A DNA stretch of 64,000 nt from an uncultured delta proteobacterium (GCA_963709285.1 CAVPVR010000009.1:272333-336332); one strand, 5' to 3'. Shown: positions 18,303 to 29,139, numbered from the stretch's first letter. Notes: generated by a model from the sequence alone, not told the origin. Made by a program: numbers and translations.

Positions 18303-20535
18303 TTAACCGATAATGGGATCCATGCCCAAGGCCGGATGGTTCTTCTCCGTCAGGAAGGGGAGAATCTCATCCTCGGTGAGGCCGACGGTTTCGTCGGCGA
18401 TGCGGTCGAGGAGATCGGGAATGTCCAGCTCCTCGCCCCGCTTCATGAGGCGCTCCCGGAGTTCCTCCTTGAGGCTCTTGGGCATCCATACCACCCGGGC
18501 CAGGCCGCCGTCGCCCACCACAAACTTCCGTTGGCAGACATTGTACTTGCTGTGGCCCACGAAGCCTGGGGTCACCTGCCCGCCACCGATAACGCCGGCC
18601 AGGGTGGTGAACTTCATGCCGCAAGGAGTTTCACCGGTGTAGTCCCGGTGCACGGTCATGATGCCGTTACACATGGGGAGCACCGCTGAGATGCACTCGC
18701 AGCAGCCACAGGTGGTCATGGGATCATAGACCAAGCTGTAGAAGTTGTAGGAAGCCACCGCCTGGCGGGAGGCCTTGAAGACGAAGTCATTGACGCCCTT
18801 CCAGTTGCCGTATTTTTCGTCTAAGGTCTCACCCTTCTCGATGGGCTGGTTGGGGCCGGTGGGATTGATCTCAAAAGAGGCCTTGCAGTCCATCCAGTTG
18901 TAAGCGCCGCACAGACCGGTGCGCTCAGGGCTGACCACGCAGACATGGTTGGGGGCGAAAGACTGACACAGGGTGCACGAGTAGTAGGTCTCGGTGGTCT
19001 CGTCGGTCATACCTTCGACTCGAGCATCCCGCTCGTAGTAGATCTTCTTGGCATGCTCGGTGATCTCTTTCACCTTGGCTTCGTCAGTGTAGATTTTTAT
19101 CTGGCATTTGTCGAAGATGGCCCCGAAATCCTGGTGGAACTTGGCGTGCAGGATGGTGCCGATGTCCTTCAAGGTGAAGCCCTTTTCCACGGCGGACTTG
19201 CCGATGCGGTACCAGGCGATGTCCCGCTGCCCGATGTGCATGATCCCCTGGGCGTAGTTCACCAGGTGGTGAATCTGCCGCTCCAGGATGGGCTCGAAGT
19301 CGGGCTGGAAGTTGCGGCCGGCCACTTCCACCACCACACCCAGGGGCAGGCGGGCCGGGATCTTGTCTTTCGGCAAGTCCGGAATGTCCTTACCGATGAC
19401 TTCGACGTGACCGTCTTCCACCTCTTCCATGCGCTTGCTGGTGACCAGCTCCACGGCCTGGGTCTTGCCGCCACCACACTCCAGGTAGAGGTCGTCCTTG
19501 CGCACCCGCTCACCCTCGAACGCGGCGCCGAAGTTCACCGGAATGTCGATGTGGGTCACGGTGACCTTGAGGCCCCGGACTTCGATGGACTTCTGGCCAA
19601 GCTCCGCCATGGGGACGTTACTGACCACGTGCTCGTAGGTGCAGATACCGGTGGGCAGCACCTGGGGAATGTCCTGGTTGGTGATGGTGGGGAAGCCCCA
19701 GTTGATGGCGCCCGGCGGCATTGGCGTACCACTCGTCGGGAATGGTGGACAGCGCATTGACGAACGCAAAGATGCGGTCCTTGTTGTAGAGCAACATCTT
19801 CAAGGCGGCGCCGGGCGTCACGCCGCCGAAGGCCATGGCGGCCCGGTTGGCGAATCCCAGGGCGAAGACCGCGGCGGAGATGTCCGGACCAAAGGGCACA
19901 ATCCGGGTGGGCCAGCCGATCTGCACACCGGCTTCCAGAAGCTGTTCCGGAACCGAAGTCTTGCCTTCTATGTCCCTGGCGGCGCAGAAGATATACAGGT
20001 TCTTTTTCTGGTATTCCAGGACCAGTTCCACGGCTTGCTCCACCGTGGGAGCGGAACCGACAATGGCCGCGAAGCCCGGGGCCGAACCGTCTACGAACTC
20101 AATGCCCCGTTTCCGGAAGATGGTGTCCTCCGCGGCGCCCAGCCAGATGTTGGCCGCGCCTTTCTCAATGACTTCTTCACCGCCAAGGTAGAAATTGGGA
20201 TCTTCTACATAGCGAATGGCCTCGAAGATCTCTTCGGCAAAGAGGGCGGCCAGGCCGGCGTCCAGACCGGGTCCCAGGTAGGGGAGGTAAAACTTCTCCG
20301 ACGGCACCGGCGGCAGCAATTGCTTGCAGCGTTTCATAACCGGCACGGCGTCTTTGAGTTTTTCGATCTTGATGCCCATGATCGAATAGATGATGGGCAG
20401 GTAATATGCAGTGTTAGGGAAACCGATTTCCTGGTTTTCCCCGTGTTTTGCAATAGCCTCGTCTAACTTGGCCGCACACTTGTTGACAATGTTATGAGCG
20501 CCACGAATGGCGGCGGAAACGATGATTTTCGACAC
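18303..20535 (-). CDS. acsB: Acetyl-CoA synthase subunit, split by a 1-bp insertion near 19712
   Basis: FPNTAYYLP, CTLCQSFAPNHVC, PMTTCGCCEC. Removing one G restores WYANAAGAINWGFP. Confidence 0.93.
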
Positions 20536-20622
20536 GGTGGCTTCCTCCTTCCTTTTTCATAAAGGAATTTATTGGTAGTGGGCTGTCCCAGCTTCGTGAT
20601 GAGACAGCCCTTGTGGTTTTCC

Positions 20623-22638
20623 TTACACCTCTTCGGCGGCTTCGGCGGCTTCTTCCAGTTCCCGGCGCATGGCCATGTCGTAGAGCACCCGTTCCCGGGC
20701 CTTGTCGATGCCTAAGGCCTGGCGCTTCTTGTCGATGTGGGCGATCATCTTCTTGGCCGCCACTTCCGGATCCACCTCGAAGTCCCACTTGCCGCCGTAA
20801 ATCTCTTCCAGACCACTGAACAGATAGTCGGTCAGGAGGTCACTGCCGGTGGTGGGGAAGGTCACGCCAAACAGGGTGTACACCCCGGAGGTCACGAAGT
20901 AATGGCCGATGCTGATGGCCTTCTCGCTCATCCACTCCGGCGCCGCGCCCGCCGCGGGCAGATCGCTGATGTCGGTGCCCAGGCCCCCGGCCTTCACACA
21001 AGCCGTGGCCGCCATGAGGATGCGGGAGTTGTCCACGCAGGCCCCCATGTGCAACACCGGTGGCAGACCCACCGTCTCCAGGACCTCGGCCAGACCCTCG
21101 CCGCAGTACTTCACCGCCGCTTCCGGGGTCAGAAGCCCCGCCTTGCCGCAGGCCATGGCTGAGCAGCCCGTGGTCAAGACAATGACGTCATTCTTCAAGA
21201 GCTCCTTGATCATGGTCAGATGCGCATTGTCATGGGTGGTGCGGCAGTTGTTGCAGCCCACCACGCCGGCCACGCCCCGCACCCGGCCGCCGATGATGTT
21301 GTCGTTCAAAGTGTAATAGGAACCCCGGATGGAGCCGCCCAGCAAGTACCGGATGGTCTCATAGCTGAAGCCCACGATGGTGGGATAGCTGGCCTCCGGA
21401 ATCAAGACCGGGGAGCGCCGGTTGGGGAAGTTGTCAATGGCCTCCCGCACTACTTTCCGGGCCACATCCAAGGCATGATGGTCGTCAAAGGGGATGTGCA
21501 TGGTCTCCCCTTCGATGCGGGCCCGGGTGTCCGTGGTGATGAGCTTGGTGTGGTAGCACTTGGCCACGTTGGCCAACGACTGCATCTCGCACTGCACGTC
21601 CACCACCATGGCGTCCAGGGCGCCGGTGATGATGGCCAGCTCCTGCTGCAGGTAGTTGCCCGCACAGGGAATGCCGTGGCGCATCAAAATCTCGTTGGCG
21701 CTGCAGCACATGCCCGCCAACTGGATGCCCTTGGCCCCCTTGTTCTGGGCGTACTGGATCAGCTCCGGCTCCTGCACCGCCACCGCAATCATCTCCGGGA
21801 GCAGGGGCTCATGGCCGTGAATGATGATGTTGACGTGGTCTTCTTTGAGCACCCCCAGGTTGATCTCCCCGGCCACCGGCACCGGGCAGCCGAACAGGAT
21901 GTCCTGCAGGTCGGTGCTGATCATGGAGCCGCCCCAGCCGTCGGACAGGGCGCAGCGGGTGCACTGCTTGATGATGTTGTGATACTCCTGGTCCACCCCC
22001 ATGTGGGTGCGGTGCATGAGCTCCACCACCTCGATGTCGCAGCCCCGGGGCACCACGCCCTCTTTGCGCCAAATCTCCTGGCGCTTCTTGGGGGCCCGCT
22101 TGACGTAGGTGAGCTCACCTTCCTGCTGCCCGAATTCCTTCAGCACGATGTCGGCCAGCTCCTGGGCAATCTCTTCTTTTTTGCGGGGTTTGGCCTCTTC
22201 GCCTTCCCCCACCGTGATGGCCACGCCAAAGTCCTTGGCCACCTGCTTCAGCTTGGTGACGTCCTTGAGTTCATAGCCCTGGGTGCGGCCGTGGGCCACT
22301 TCCTTGAACAACAGGGCCGTGCCCCGGGAGTGGTCGTTGTGGGCCGCGGTCCCGGAAGCCACCATGCGGGCGAAGTTCCGGGCGCTGATGGTCGCCGCGG
22401 TGGCGCCGCACAGACCCACCGCCTGGGGCTTCTGCTCCTCGCCCTCTTTGGCCTTCTTGGGCTTGGGCACCCGACAGGGACCCTGGGAGCAAATCCGGCA
22501 ACAGGCCCCTTCCGCCCCGATGGGACAGGGCTTCATCTTCTCGGCGCGGTCAAAAATCGTCTCAATGCCCTCCGCCTGGGCCTTCTTGAGCATCTCCACC
22601 GTCGCCACATCTACCGACAGTTTTTCCACGTCAGCCAT
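20623..22638 (-). CDS. acsA: Ni-dependent carbon monoxide dehydrogenase catalytic subunit
   Basis: CCRICSQGPC, HGHEP, GMCCSANE, GCNN, GACVD, PEWMSEKA (CooS family). Confidence 0.97.
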   Translation of the reverse strand: MADVEKLSVDVATVEMLKKAQAEGIETIFDRAEKMKPCPIGAEGACCRICSQGPCRVPKPKKAKEGEEQKPQAVGLCGATAATISARNFARMVASGTAAHNDHSRGTALLFKEVAHGRTQGYELKDVTKLKQVAKDFGVAITVGEGEEAKPRKKEEIAQELADIVLKEFGQQEGELTYVKRAPKKRQEIWRKEGVVPRGCDIEVVELMHRTHMGVDQEYHNIIKQCTRCALSDGWGGSMISTDLQDILFGCPVPVAGEINLGVLKEDHVNIIIHGHEPLLPEMIAVAVQEPELIQYAQNKGAKGIQLAGMCCSANEILMRHGIPCAGNYLQQELAIITGALDAMVVDVQCEMQSLANVAKCYHTKLITTDTRARIEGETMHIPFDDHHALDVARKVVREAIDNFPNRRSPVLIPEASYPTIVGFSYETIRYLLGGSIRGSYYTLNDNIIGGRVRGVAGVVGCNNCRTTHDNAHLTMIKELLKNDVIVLTTGCSAMACGKAGLLTPEAAVKYCGEGLAEVLETVGLPPVLHMGACVDNSRILMAATACVKAGGLGTDISDLPAAGAAPEWMSEKAISIGHYFVTSGVYTLFGVTFPTTGSDLLTDYLFSGLEEIYGGKWDFEVDPEVAAKKMIAHIDKKRQALGIDKARERVLYDMAMRRELEEAAEAAEEV

Positions 22639-22784
22639 TAACTTTTCCTCCAAAGTTTTTGCGATTAGAAGCGGCCTTCATGGCCCCTCTCGCCATAGAG
22701 CCCGGGGTGGTGACGATTTCCACTTCCACGACCGTTTACCCGATGCCGGGCCCTGGTTGTTGTGGATGGGTGACAAAGGTTGCG

Positions 22785-23729
22785 TTACGCTAGTTCCTGG
22801 ATAATGTCTTTGGTGAGCTTCACCGCCTCGGGGTGCCGCATAACAAGGAGGTCAGCGCCGGCCAACAGCAGGCTCACGGCGCAGACGGCCTCCATAAGGA
22901 TACCCCGGGTCTTCTGGTCGCCGAGGGCCGGCGCTTCCTCGTTGGTCAACTTGCACTCTTTGACCTTCCAGACTTCCTGGCCCAGGTAACTAAGGATTGG
23001 CAACTGCAGCTTCTCATCTTCCTGGGTGAGGGCCGCCATGCGGTCCCGCTCCATCACCGAGTAAGAGTACTCCATGCCGTAGCCCAGGCCGCCGGTGGTG
23101 GGGTCCACCAGAATTTGGGAGTCCTTGACGCCCAACTGCCCCAGCAGGATGTTGAGCTGCTTGGCCAGGTTGACGTCAATGGGGCTGTTGGCCGAAACCG
23201 AATGGTTGTACCCCAGGGCCGCGGCGCCGATCTTCTTGTAGTTCTTGTCCTGGACCGGGCCGATGACCAGGCTCATGCCCTGGCAAGCCTCGGCCACCGC
23301 CGGGAGTACCTCTGCGTCCTTTTCCATGTTGCTGGTGCCGTAGACGATGACCGGCACGTCAACGGCTGACGCCACTTTCTTGGCGGTCTCGGCAGCCGCC
23401 GCCGGGGAGGCGTTAGCTCCATTGGGGTCGGTACTCGCCAGAATCAGGGCGATGGCCGCCGCCCCATAGTCATTGACACATTTCTGGGCCCAGGCCACCG
23501 GATCACCGAGTACGTCTTTGAAGGGCTCCTTGCAGGGTCCGGCCCAATCCTCCCCCGGATCCATATCCCAGACTTCCATGGCGATCCGGGGCAGGTTCGG
23601 CATGACCCCTTCAAAAACATAAAAGGGGTAAGATGTCTCACCCCCCAAAGTTATGGCCTTGTCGCCCTTGCCGATGGTAACGGGTTTAATGGCCCCTGAA
23701 TAAATTTGTTTGGGAATCTCAAAAGCCAA
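22785..23729 (-). CDS. acsD: Corrinoid Fe-S protein small (delta) subunit
   Basis: TTG start with GGAGG RBS; PIDVNLAKQLN, DPTTGGLGYG.EYSYSVMER, MRHP. Confidence 0.96.
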   Translation of the reverse strand: MAFEIPKQIYSGAIKPVTIGKGDKAITLGGETSYPFYVFEGVMPNLPRIAMEVWDMDPGEDWAGPCKEPFKDVLGDPVAWAQKCVNDYGAAAIALILASTDPNGANASPAAAAETAKKVASAVDVPVIVYGTSNMEKDAEVLPAVAEACQGMSLVIGPVQDKNYKKIGAAALGYNHSVSANSPIDVNLAKQLNILLGQLGVKDSQILVDPTTGGLGYGMEYSYSVMERDRMAALTQEDEKLQLPILSYLGQEVWKVKECKLTNEEAPALGDQKTRGILMEAVCAVSLLLAGADLLVMRHPEAVKLTKDIIQELA

Positions 23730-23790
23730 GGCGGTTCCCTCCTTATTTTAGCGAAATGGGTCGCTTCTTAACCAAAGAAATATCTAGACA

Positions 23791-23825
23791 TTGTGAAAAT
23801 AATAATTTATTCATCAACCTGTCAA
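23791..23825 (-). promoter_or_regulatory. Possible internal promoter for acsD with a Rex half-site
   Basis: Minus-strand TTGACA at 23820-23825, AT-rich -10 region, TTCACAA half-site at 23791-23797. Confidence 0.4.
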
Positions 23826-23862
23826 GCAAAAAATCACGCCTGGCCTTGCCGATCTTTTGCAC

Positions 23863-24612
23863 TTATGGCAGTAATTGGGAAAAAATGGCGTGGGCCGCTT
23901 GCAGAGCGGAAGAATCCTCGGGCAAAGTATAGGTGGGGCGGCCCTCTCCGTCAAATTCCGCCACCAGGGTGTCCTGGGGAATGAGACCGGCCAGCTCCAG
24001 TCCCTGGGTGGTGATTTCTTCTTGGGCCCGCTCACTCAAGCCATTCACACTGCGGTTGACCACCAGCACCGCCCGGCCCACCACAATCTTGAGCTGGCTG
24101 GCCAGATCCTTCAAGCGCCTGGCCGCCTGGATGCCCCGCCAGGAGGGATCGGAGACCAACACCAGGAGGTCCACGTTTTTGGTGGTCAGGCGGCTCATGT
24201 GCTCCATGCCCGCTTCATTATCCATAAGGATATAAGGGTAGTTCTTGCCCAGGACTTCCATGTAGTGGGTCACCAGATGGTTGGCGGCGCAGTAGCAGCC
24301 CGGTCCCTCGGGCTGCCCCATGCTGATGAGGTCGAAGCCGTCGGCCTCCACCAAACACTGGTTGATGCGCATTTCGATGAGCTGGTCCTTGGTCATGTCC
24401 ACCATGCCGCTGCCTTTTTTCATTTCTTCCCGGGCCTCGCCCACGGTTTGATCCAGATGCAGCCCTAAGACCTCATTGAGGTTGGCGTTGGCGTCGGCAT
24501 CCACGGCCAGGACCGGGGTCTTGCCGTGTTCCACGAGGTAGCGCAGCACCATGGCGGCTACCGTGGTTTTGCCGGTGCCGCCCTTGCCTGCCATGGCAAT
24601 GAGAAAACTCAA
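23863..24612 (-). CDS. cooC: CO dehydrogenase/ACS nickel-insertion ATPase (CooC/AcsF)
   Basis: GKGGTGKTT, DAD, GCYC, DNEAG.EH.SR. Confidence 0.94.
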   Translation of the reverse strand: MSFLIAMAGKGGTGKTTVAAMVLRYLVEHGKTPVLAVDADANANLNEVLGLHLDQTVGEAREEMKKGSGMVDMTKDQLIEMRINQCLVEADGFDLISMGQPEGPGCYCAANHLVTHYMEVLGKNYPYILMDNEAGMEHMSRLTTKNVDLLVLVSDPSWRGIQAARRLKDLASQLKIVVGRAVLVVNRSVNGLSERAQEEITTQGLELAGLIPQDTLVAEFDGEGRPTYTLPEDSSALQAAHAIFSQLLP

Positions 24613-24744
24613 GATTGTCCCTCCTTAGGTTACCCTGACGCAAATTAACGGCTCAGTAGGTCCACCCGGCAAAACCCTCCCGGCGAATCCCTCCGCAGGG
24701 TGAACTTCCCGGCTGGCCCTATCTTACTGCAGAGGCTGCTTGTC

Positions 24745-24773
24745 ATTGTAATATTATTCACAAAAGAGGTCAA
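24745..24773 (-). promoter_or_regulatory. sigma70 promoter of the acs operon with an overlapping Rex-like operator
   Basis: Minus strand TTGACC-N17-TACAAT, with TTGTGAATAATATTACAA (24746-24763) overlapping the spacer and -10. Confidence 0.65.
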
Positions 24774-24952
24774 CTCCTGGAAAAAGGGAAGAAAGTTAGC
24801 GAACGGCAGATGCTCAGGATGAGGGGTAAAGCTCAGCCTGGAGGCCCGGGAAGGAGGCGGGCCCTCCCTCCCGGATGGGAATTCCCCTAACGTTTGGGGG
24901 AGTCTTGATCAGGACACCTAATGGTCAGGGCCCGTATTAGTAATTACTCATT

Positions 24953-25855
24953 TTACATGCCATTACTATAGCCATTGCCGTTCATGGAGCCATTGCCATT
25001 GATATGATTGGGAGGCTCCGAATGAGATGGCGGAGGAGCGCTCACCATGGGTGGTTGTATGATCGGCGGGGACTCAAGCCGGGGCGGCACATACAAACCG
25101 CTCCCCAAATGTTCCACAAGAGAGCGCTCGCCGGCAAACTTGGGTTCTAGCGGAGGCACCGGTCCACCGACAAACCGGTCCGGACCGGTGTCGGTTTGGC
25201 TTGTGGCTCCGATCCCGCTTTTCATCTGCTTCTCCAGAGGTATCAGGTCCTCTTTAGTGATATCCACCGCCACTGTAGGGGCCTGATTCATGCCTACCCG
25301 AGTGTACTGCAACGTTCCCAGGGTTTGGACCCCGGGGATTTCCGGAAAGATATTCTTAACCTCAAGCTTGCTGCCCTCGGTGTAAACATCGGTGACAGTG
25401 GGCAAAAGCTTGGTGTACCAGCGGGTGCCCCTGACCCCCAGCACTGCCGTGTGGGTCTTCATAATGAAGTCCGGCTCAGTTTTGGGATAGACTTTTTCAA
25501 CGGCGGTGTGCACCAGGCCTCGGAGAACTCCTATGACCGCCTGGCGCTCTCCCTTGGCCCCGTCAAACATGTACTTCTCGATAGTTACCCGGCTCTCCGG
25601 CGCAATCGTGAGGACGGTGTCGTCTACGAATTTGATTTGGGCCCGGGACTGGGACTTGGTCCGCACCACATCCCCGACATCAATGGCTTCCTGCACTTTC
25701 ACCTTGGTAGCCGGAAGCTTCCCACCCTTGAGGAGGTCCACCCTGCCTTCCACCTGGAGGAATTTTCCCACCGGGGCGGCCTGAACTGCAGGGGCACCGA
25801 GCACTACCAGAGAGATGAGGAGCAAGCTCACCAACAGAAAATTACATTTTAGCAT
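24953..25855 (-). CDS. FecR-domain periplasmic protein with Pro-rich tail
   Basis: Signal peptide; GDVVRT..SRAQIKFVDDT, THTAVLGVRGT. Confidence 0.88.
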   Translation of the reverse strand: MLKCNFLLVSLLLISLVVLGAPAVQAAPVGKFLQVEGRVDLLKGGKLPATKVKVQEAIDVGDVVRTKSQSRAQIKFVDDTVLTIAPESRVTIEKYMFDGAKGERQAVIGVLRGLVHTAVEKVYPKTEPDFIMKTHTAVLGVRGTRWYTKLLPTVTDVYTEGSKLEVKNIFPEIPGVQTLGTLQYTRVGMNQAPTVAVDITKEDLIPLEKQMKSGIGATSQTDTGPDRFVGGPVPPLEPKFAGERSLVEHLGSGLYVPPRLESPPIIQPPMVSAPPPSHSEPPNHINGNGSMNGNGYSNGM

Positions 25856-25879
25856 GGCTCTCTTCCTTTTTGGGCCAGG

Positions 25880-27400
25880 TTAATAGCGGTAACCCAACTG
25901 CACACCCCCAATGAAGCGGTCATAATCATAAAGGGCGATGTTGGATTGGTCACGGATATAGTAGCAGTGGGCATTGATCTCCAGGCCTTTATAAATTATT
26001 CGGGTAATCTCCAATCCACCAATAAAAATAGTGTCATTACGTTTCGGGTTGACGGCCAACGGATTGCCGTTGAACCAGAAATTGTCATACGGCTGCATGA
26101 CCAGGTCGGCAGTAGCTCTGACCTTCCAACGCTCCTTAATCGGCAGCAGGGCTGCCAGACCCAGACGGAAGCTGTTGTTGGACCAGTTGCTGCCGTCGGC
26201 GAAATCCCGCTCATAGGTGAAGCGGGCTTGCAGGTAGCCTTCCTGTTTTTTGAAAAAGTAATAACAGGCCAGGGTGCCGCCAAACAAATTGCCGGTGCGC
26301 TCGTCCTGGTTGACATAGGTCGGGAACCAAAAATTCCTGCGGGCCCAATTCATTCCCACTTCCACCCCGACTTTGGGGGTGAAAAGATAAAGATAGGTGG
26401 GGGAGAGGGCGTAACTGGTGGAATACGGTTCGGCCCCCACCGTGCTGTAGTTGAAGGCGAAGGGTATCCAAAACCGACTGTTGCTCCAGGTGTAGGACGG
26501 GACCACGCCAGCCGTATTGCTCCACAGGTCAAAGTTGGTAAGTTTATGGTGGAAATTTTGGTAATACCCATAGTAGGCCCAGAGAGCGAAAGGCCCGGGG
26601 CGCATCACATTATACTCCAGGGCCGCAGCCAGGGACCACAACACGTCGTTTTTCCCGGACACCGGCACGGATCCGGACGCATCCCCAGGCTGCAGCGAGA
26701 CATTGGAGTCGTAATCAAACCCGCCATAGGCGTTGAAGCGAAACCGCTTGTAGTCTTTCAGGCGGCGGTCCAGGGCTGAGGCATACCCCTGGGCGAAGCC
26801 GGCGGTGGGGGACTGAGGATTAAGGCCAATGGCCTCCGTCATGGTCTTCTTGGCCTCCCGCAAGCGGTTTTGGGCCGCCAGGGCCATGGACTCCTGAAAC
26901 TTGGCGTCCTGGGCCAGAGCTGGGTCCTGCTGGGCTTGACGAAAGGACTGCACCGCCTGGGAGTAATTCTTTTCCTTATAGTATGCCAGGCCCAGGATAA
27001 AAGCGGTGTTCCCGGGCTCAAAGCCTGCAGCCTCCAGTTCCTTGAGTATGGGAATGGCCTGGGCCGGCTGGTCTAACCCCACCAGGGTGTCCGCCAGCAG
27101 GAGTTGGGCTTCCCGGTAACCGGGCTTCAGGCGCACCGCCTCCTCCAGGTACCATCTGGCATCCTGGTAATTAAGCAGGTAGCGGTAAGTCCGCCCCAGG
27201 AGGAAGGCCGCCTCCGGGGTTTTGACGCCCTCCCGCCAAGCCCGGGTCAGGAGATCCAGGGCCTCTTCGTAGTTTTCCCGGCCAAGCTCCTGCCGGGCCT
27301 GCGCTACCAGCGCCTCGTTGGCGGGGGGTGCCGCTGCAACCGCTAGAGGAGCGGCCAACCCCCATCCCCAAAGTACTGCTAGAAAAATGACCGCGACCAT
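25880..27400 (-). CDS. TPR protein with C-terminal outer-membrane beta-barrel (DUF560/Slam-like)
   Basis: Signal peptide, TPR repeats, YDSNV barrel start, aromatic-rich strands, C-terminal SNIALYDYDR...GYRY. Confidence 0.8.
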   Translation of the reverse strand: MVAVIFLAVLWGWGLAAPLAVAAAPPANEALVAQARQELGRENYEEALDLLTRAWREGVKTPEAAFLLGRTYRYLLNYQDARWYLEEAVRLKPGYREAQLLLADTLVGLDQPAQAIPILKELEAAGFEPGNTAFILGLAYYKEKNYSQAVQSFRQAQQDPALAQDAKFQESMALAAQNRLREAKKTMTEAIGLNPQSPTAGFAQGYASALDRRLKDYKRFRFNAYGGFDYDSNVSLQPGDASGSVPVSGKNDVLWSLAAALEYNVMRPGPFALWAYYGYYQNFHHKLTNFDLWSNTAGVVPSYTWSNSRFWIPFAFNYSTVGAEPYSTSYALSPTYLYLFTPKVGVEVGMNWARRNFWFPTYVNQDERTGNLFGGTLACYYFFKKQEGYLQARFTYERDFADGSNWSNNSFRLGLAALLPIKERWKVRATADLVMQPYDNFWFNGNPLAVNPKRNDTIFIGGLEITRIIYKGLEINAHCYYIRDQSNIALYDYDRFIGGVQLGYRY

Positions 27401-27793
27401 TCATCCCTCCCCATTGCCTGACACCTTGTTGGGGTCTCAGGCCCTGATCTAGAGCTCAAATTATTCCAACCAACCAGGGCAGCTCGGGTGGTCTGATGTG
27501 TCCAGCCGGACTAGCCCGGTCAGGTTTACTCGGAGCAGGATAGCACATACTGAACCCATGCTAAAGACTTTTTCGGTAAATTCAGGCTGGCTTCGGCTTA
27601 AAGAAAAAACTTGAGCTGGAATCCCGTAATTATCCAAAAGCTCGCAACCGCCTGGGGCCTCCAGAGGGGAGGTGCTGCTGCCGGTGGCGGGAGGCCGGGC
27701 CGCACCGTAATATTGGCAAACAGACAAAACGCTTGCATTCCAGGGCTCCCCCCGGTAAAAAAAAGGCAGGCAAGCCAACGCTTTTACCATTTC

Positions 27794-27867
27794 TGGGGGA
27801 TCGTCCAACGGCAGGACTGCGGACTTTGGCTCCGCCAATGGAGGTTCGAATCCTCCTCCCCCAGCCA
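27794..27867 (+). tRNA. tRNA-Gln (anticodon TTG)
   Basis: Acceptor stem TGGGGGA/TCCCCCA, anticodon arm GCGGA-CTTTGGC-TCCGC, GGTTCGAATCC, encoded CCA. Confidence 0.97.
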
Positions 27868-28000
27868 ACCTGGTATCTTTTATTAAAGATAAATGAAAAA
27901 TAATCAACTACCCCCGGGTTGTTGATCCCCATCTGTCCCCAGAGATTATGGGCAACCTTTCTCCTGGAAGTAGTCCCATTCTCATCTATAAGGTTCAACC

Positions 28001-29056
28001 GTGTCTGAGGTGATCTTCGAGGATAAAAAACGGAATCTCAAGATTCAGCGAAGCAGCACCTACACGCCTGCGTTTGTGACGTTTTTAGAACGAACGGTCT
28101 GGGGCTCCGGGGGAGTGCGGTACACCATGCACCAGGTGGCCGACACCCTGAAGCGCCTAAAAAACCCCCACTTCCTAAGCTTGACGGAAAACGGCGAGCT
28201 CGTCGCCGTATCAACTCTCAACCAAAAGACCACTCACTTAGGCGGGAAAACCTACCCCGCCTTTTACTCATATGGGATCGCGGTGGACGCTCCCCAAAGG
28301 GGACTCGGCCATGGGACCCTCATGGCTAAGCAGGGACTTCGATACGGCCTGAGCCAGATGGGAGAAAAAGGATTATTTTACGGTTACATCGAAGCGAGCA
28401 ATACCAACTCGCTCAAGACGATTACCAAGGTAGGGAGAAAGTCTATCGGCCAATTTCATATCCTGGTCATAAGCCGTCTGCGTCCCAAAACCGATACCCG
28501 TCTCGAGAAGATGGAAGAAACAAAGAGGGAGCAATTGGTTCAACTCCTGAGTGAGCAATATGCAGACCACGCACTGCTGGACTTTGACCAATCTGTCAAC
28601 GTCGAAGATTACTACATTCTGAGACAAAAAGGTAAGATCGTTGCCGGAGTGCAGTTTGCCAAGCAGCATTTGACCATTAAACATCTTCCTGGCGCCAGTG
28701 GCCTGATCCTGGTAAAGATGCTGCCACATATTCCCATTTTGCGGAGCCTATTTCCTGAGAGAAATTTCCATTTCCTCACGTTCGGAAACATTTACGCCAA
28801 AAATGGGAGGGAATCGGAAATATTCACCCTGATGGAGGCATTGTTGGCGCGTCATCGACTGAATTTCGGTATGATCTACCTGGACAAGCGCAGCCCGGTG
28901 TATCATCGGCTCAAGGCAGTGGGTAAGTTCGGGGTCTTGCAGGCTCTGATAGACGTGCCCGTGCATGTCATGGTCTACTTTAAAGGTTTTTCAGAAAAGG
29001 AGATAGCTGACATCCGCCGGCAATCACTTTTTATCTCGATGATGGACCCGGTCTAA
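28001..29056 (+). CDS. GNAT-like acyltransferase-fold protein
   Basis: IAVDAPQRGLGHGTLM acetyl-CoA binding motif; N..SL motif. Confidence 0.65.
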   Translation: MSEVIFEDKKRNLKIQRSSTYTPAFVTFLERTVWGSGGVRYTMHQVADTLKRLKNPHFLSLTENGELVAVSTLNQKTTHLGGKTYPAFYSYGIAVDAPQRGLGHGTLMAKQGLRYGLSQMGEKGLFYGYIEASNTNSLKTITKVGRKSIGQFHILVISRLRPKTDTRLEKMEETKREQLVQLLSEQYADHALLDFDQSVNVEDYYILRQKGKIVAGVQFAKQHLTIKHLPGASGLILVKMLPHIPILRSLFPERNFHFLTFGNIYAKNGRESEIFTLMEALLARHRLNFGMIYLDKRSPVYHRLKAVGKFGVLQALIDVPVHVMVYFKGFSEKEIADIRRQSLFISMMDPV

Positions 29057-29139
29057 GGGCAGGTTCAAAAATAGTCTGACAAAGTCTCTGAACATCTCTG
29101 AGTATTACGTCAGGTGTCTCCTTCTCAATACCTTGCGAG

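Noticed and set aside
19700-19720. Programmed frameshift or natural split of acsB
   Set aside because: No slippery heptamer; a single extra G in a window with many similar indels.
16087-24468. Long plus-strand ORFs (e.g. 21220-22641, 18945-19760) over the acs genes
   Set aside because: Antisense shadows of high-GC coding sequence with no motifs.
27461-27998. Minus-strand ORFs over the tRNA
   Set aside because: Spurious translations of the tRNA-Gln region.
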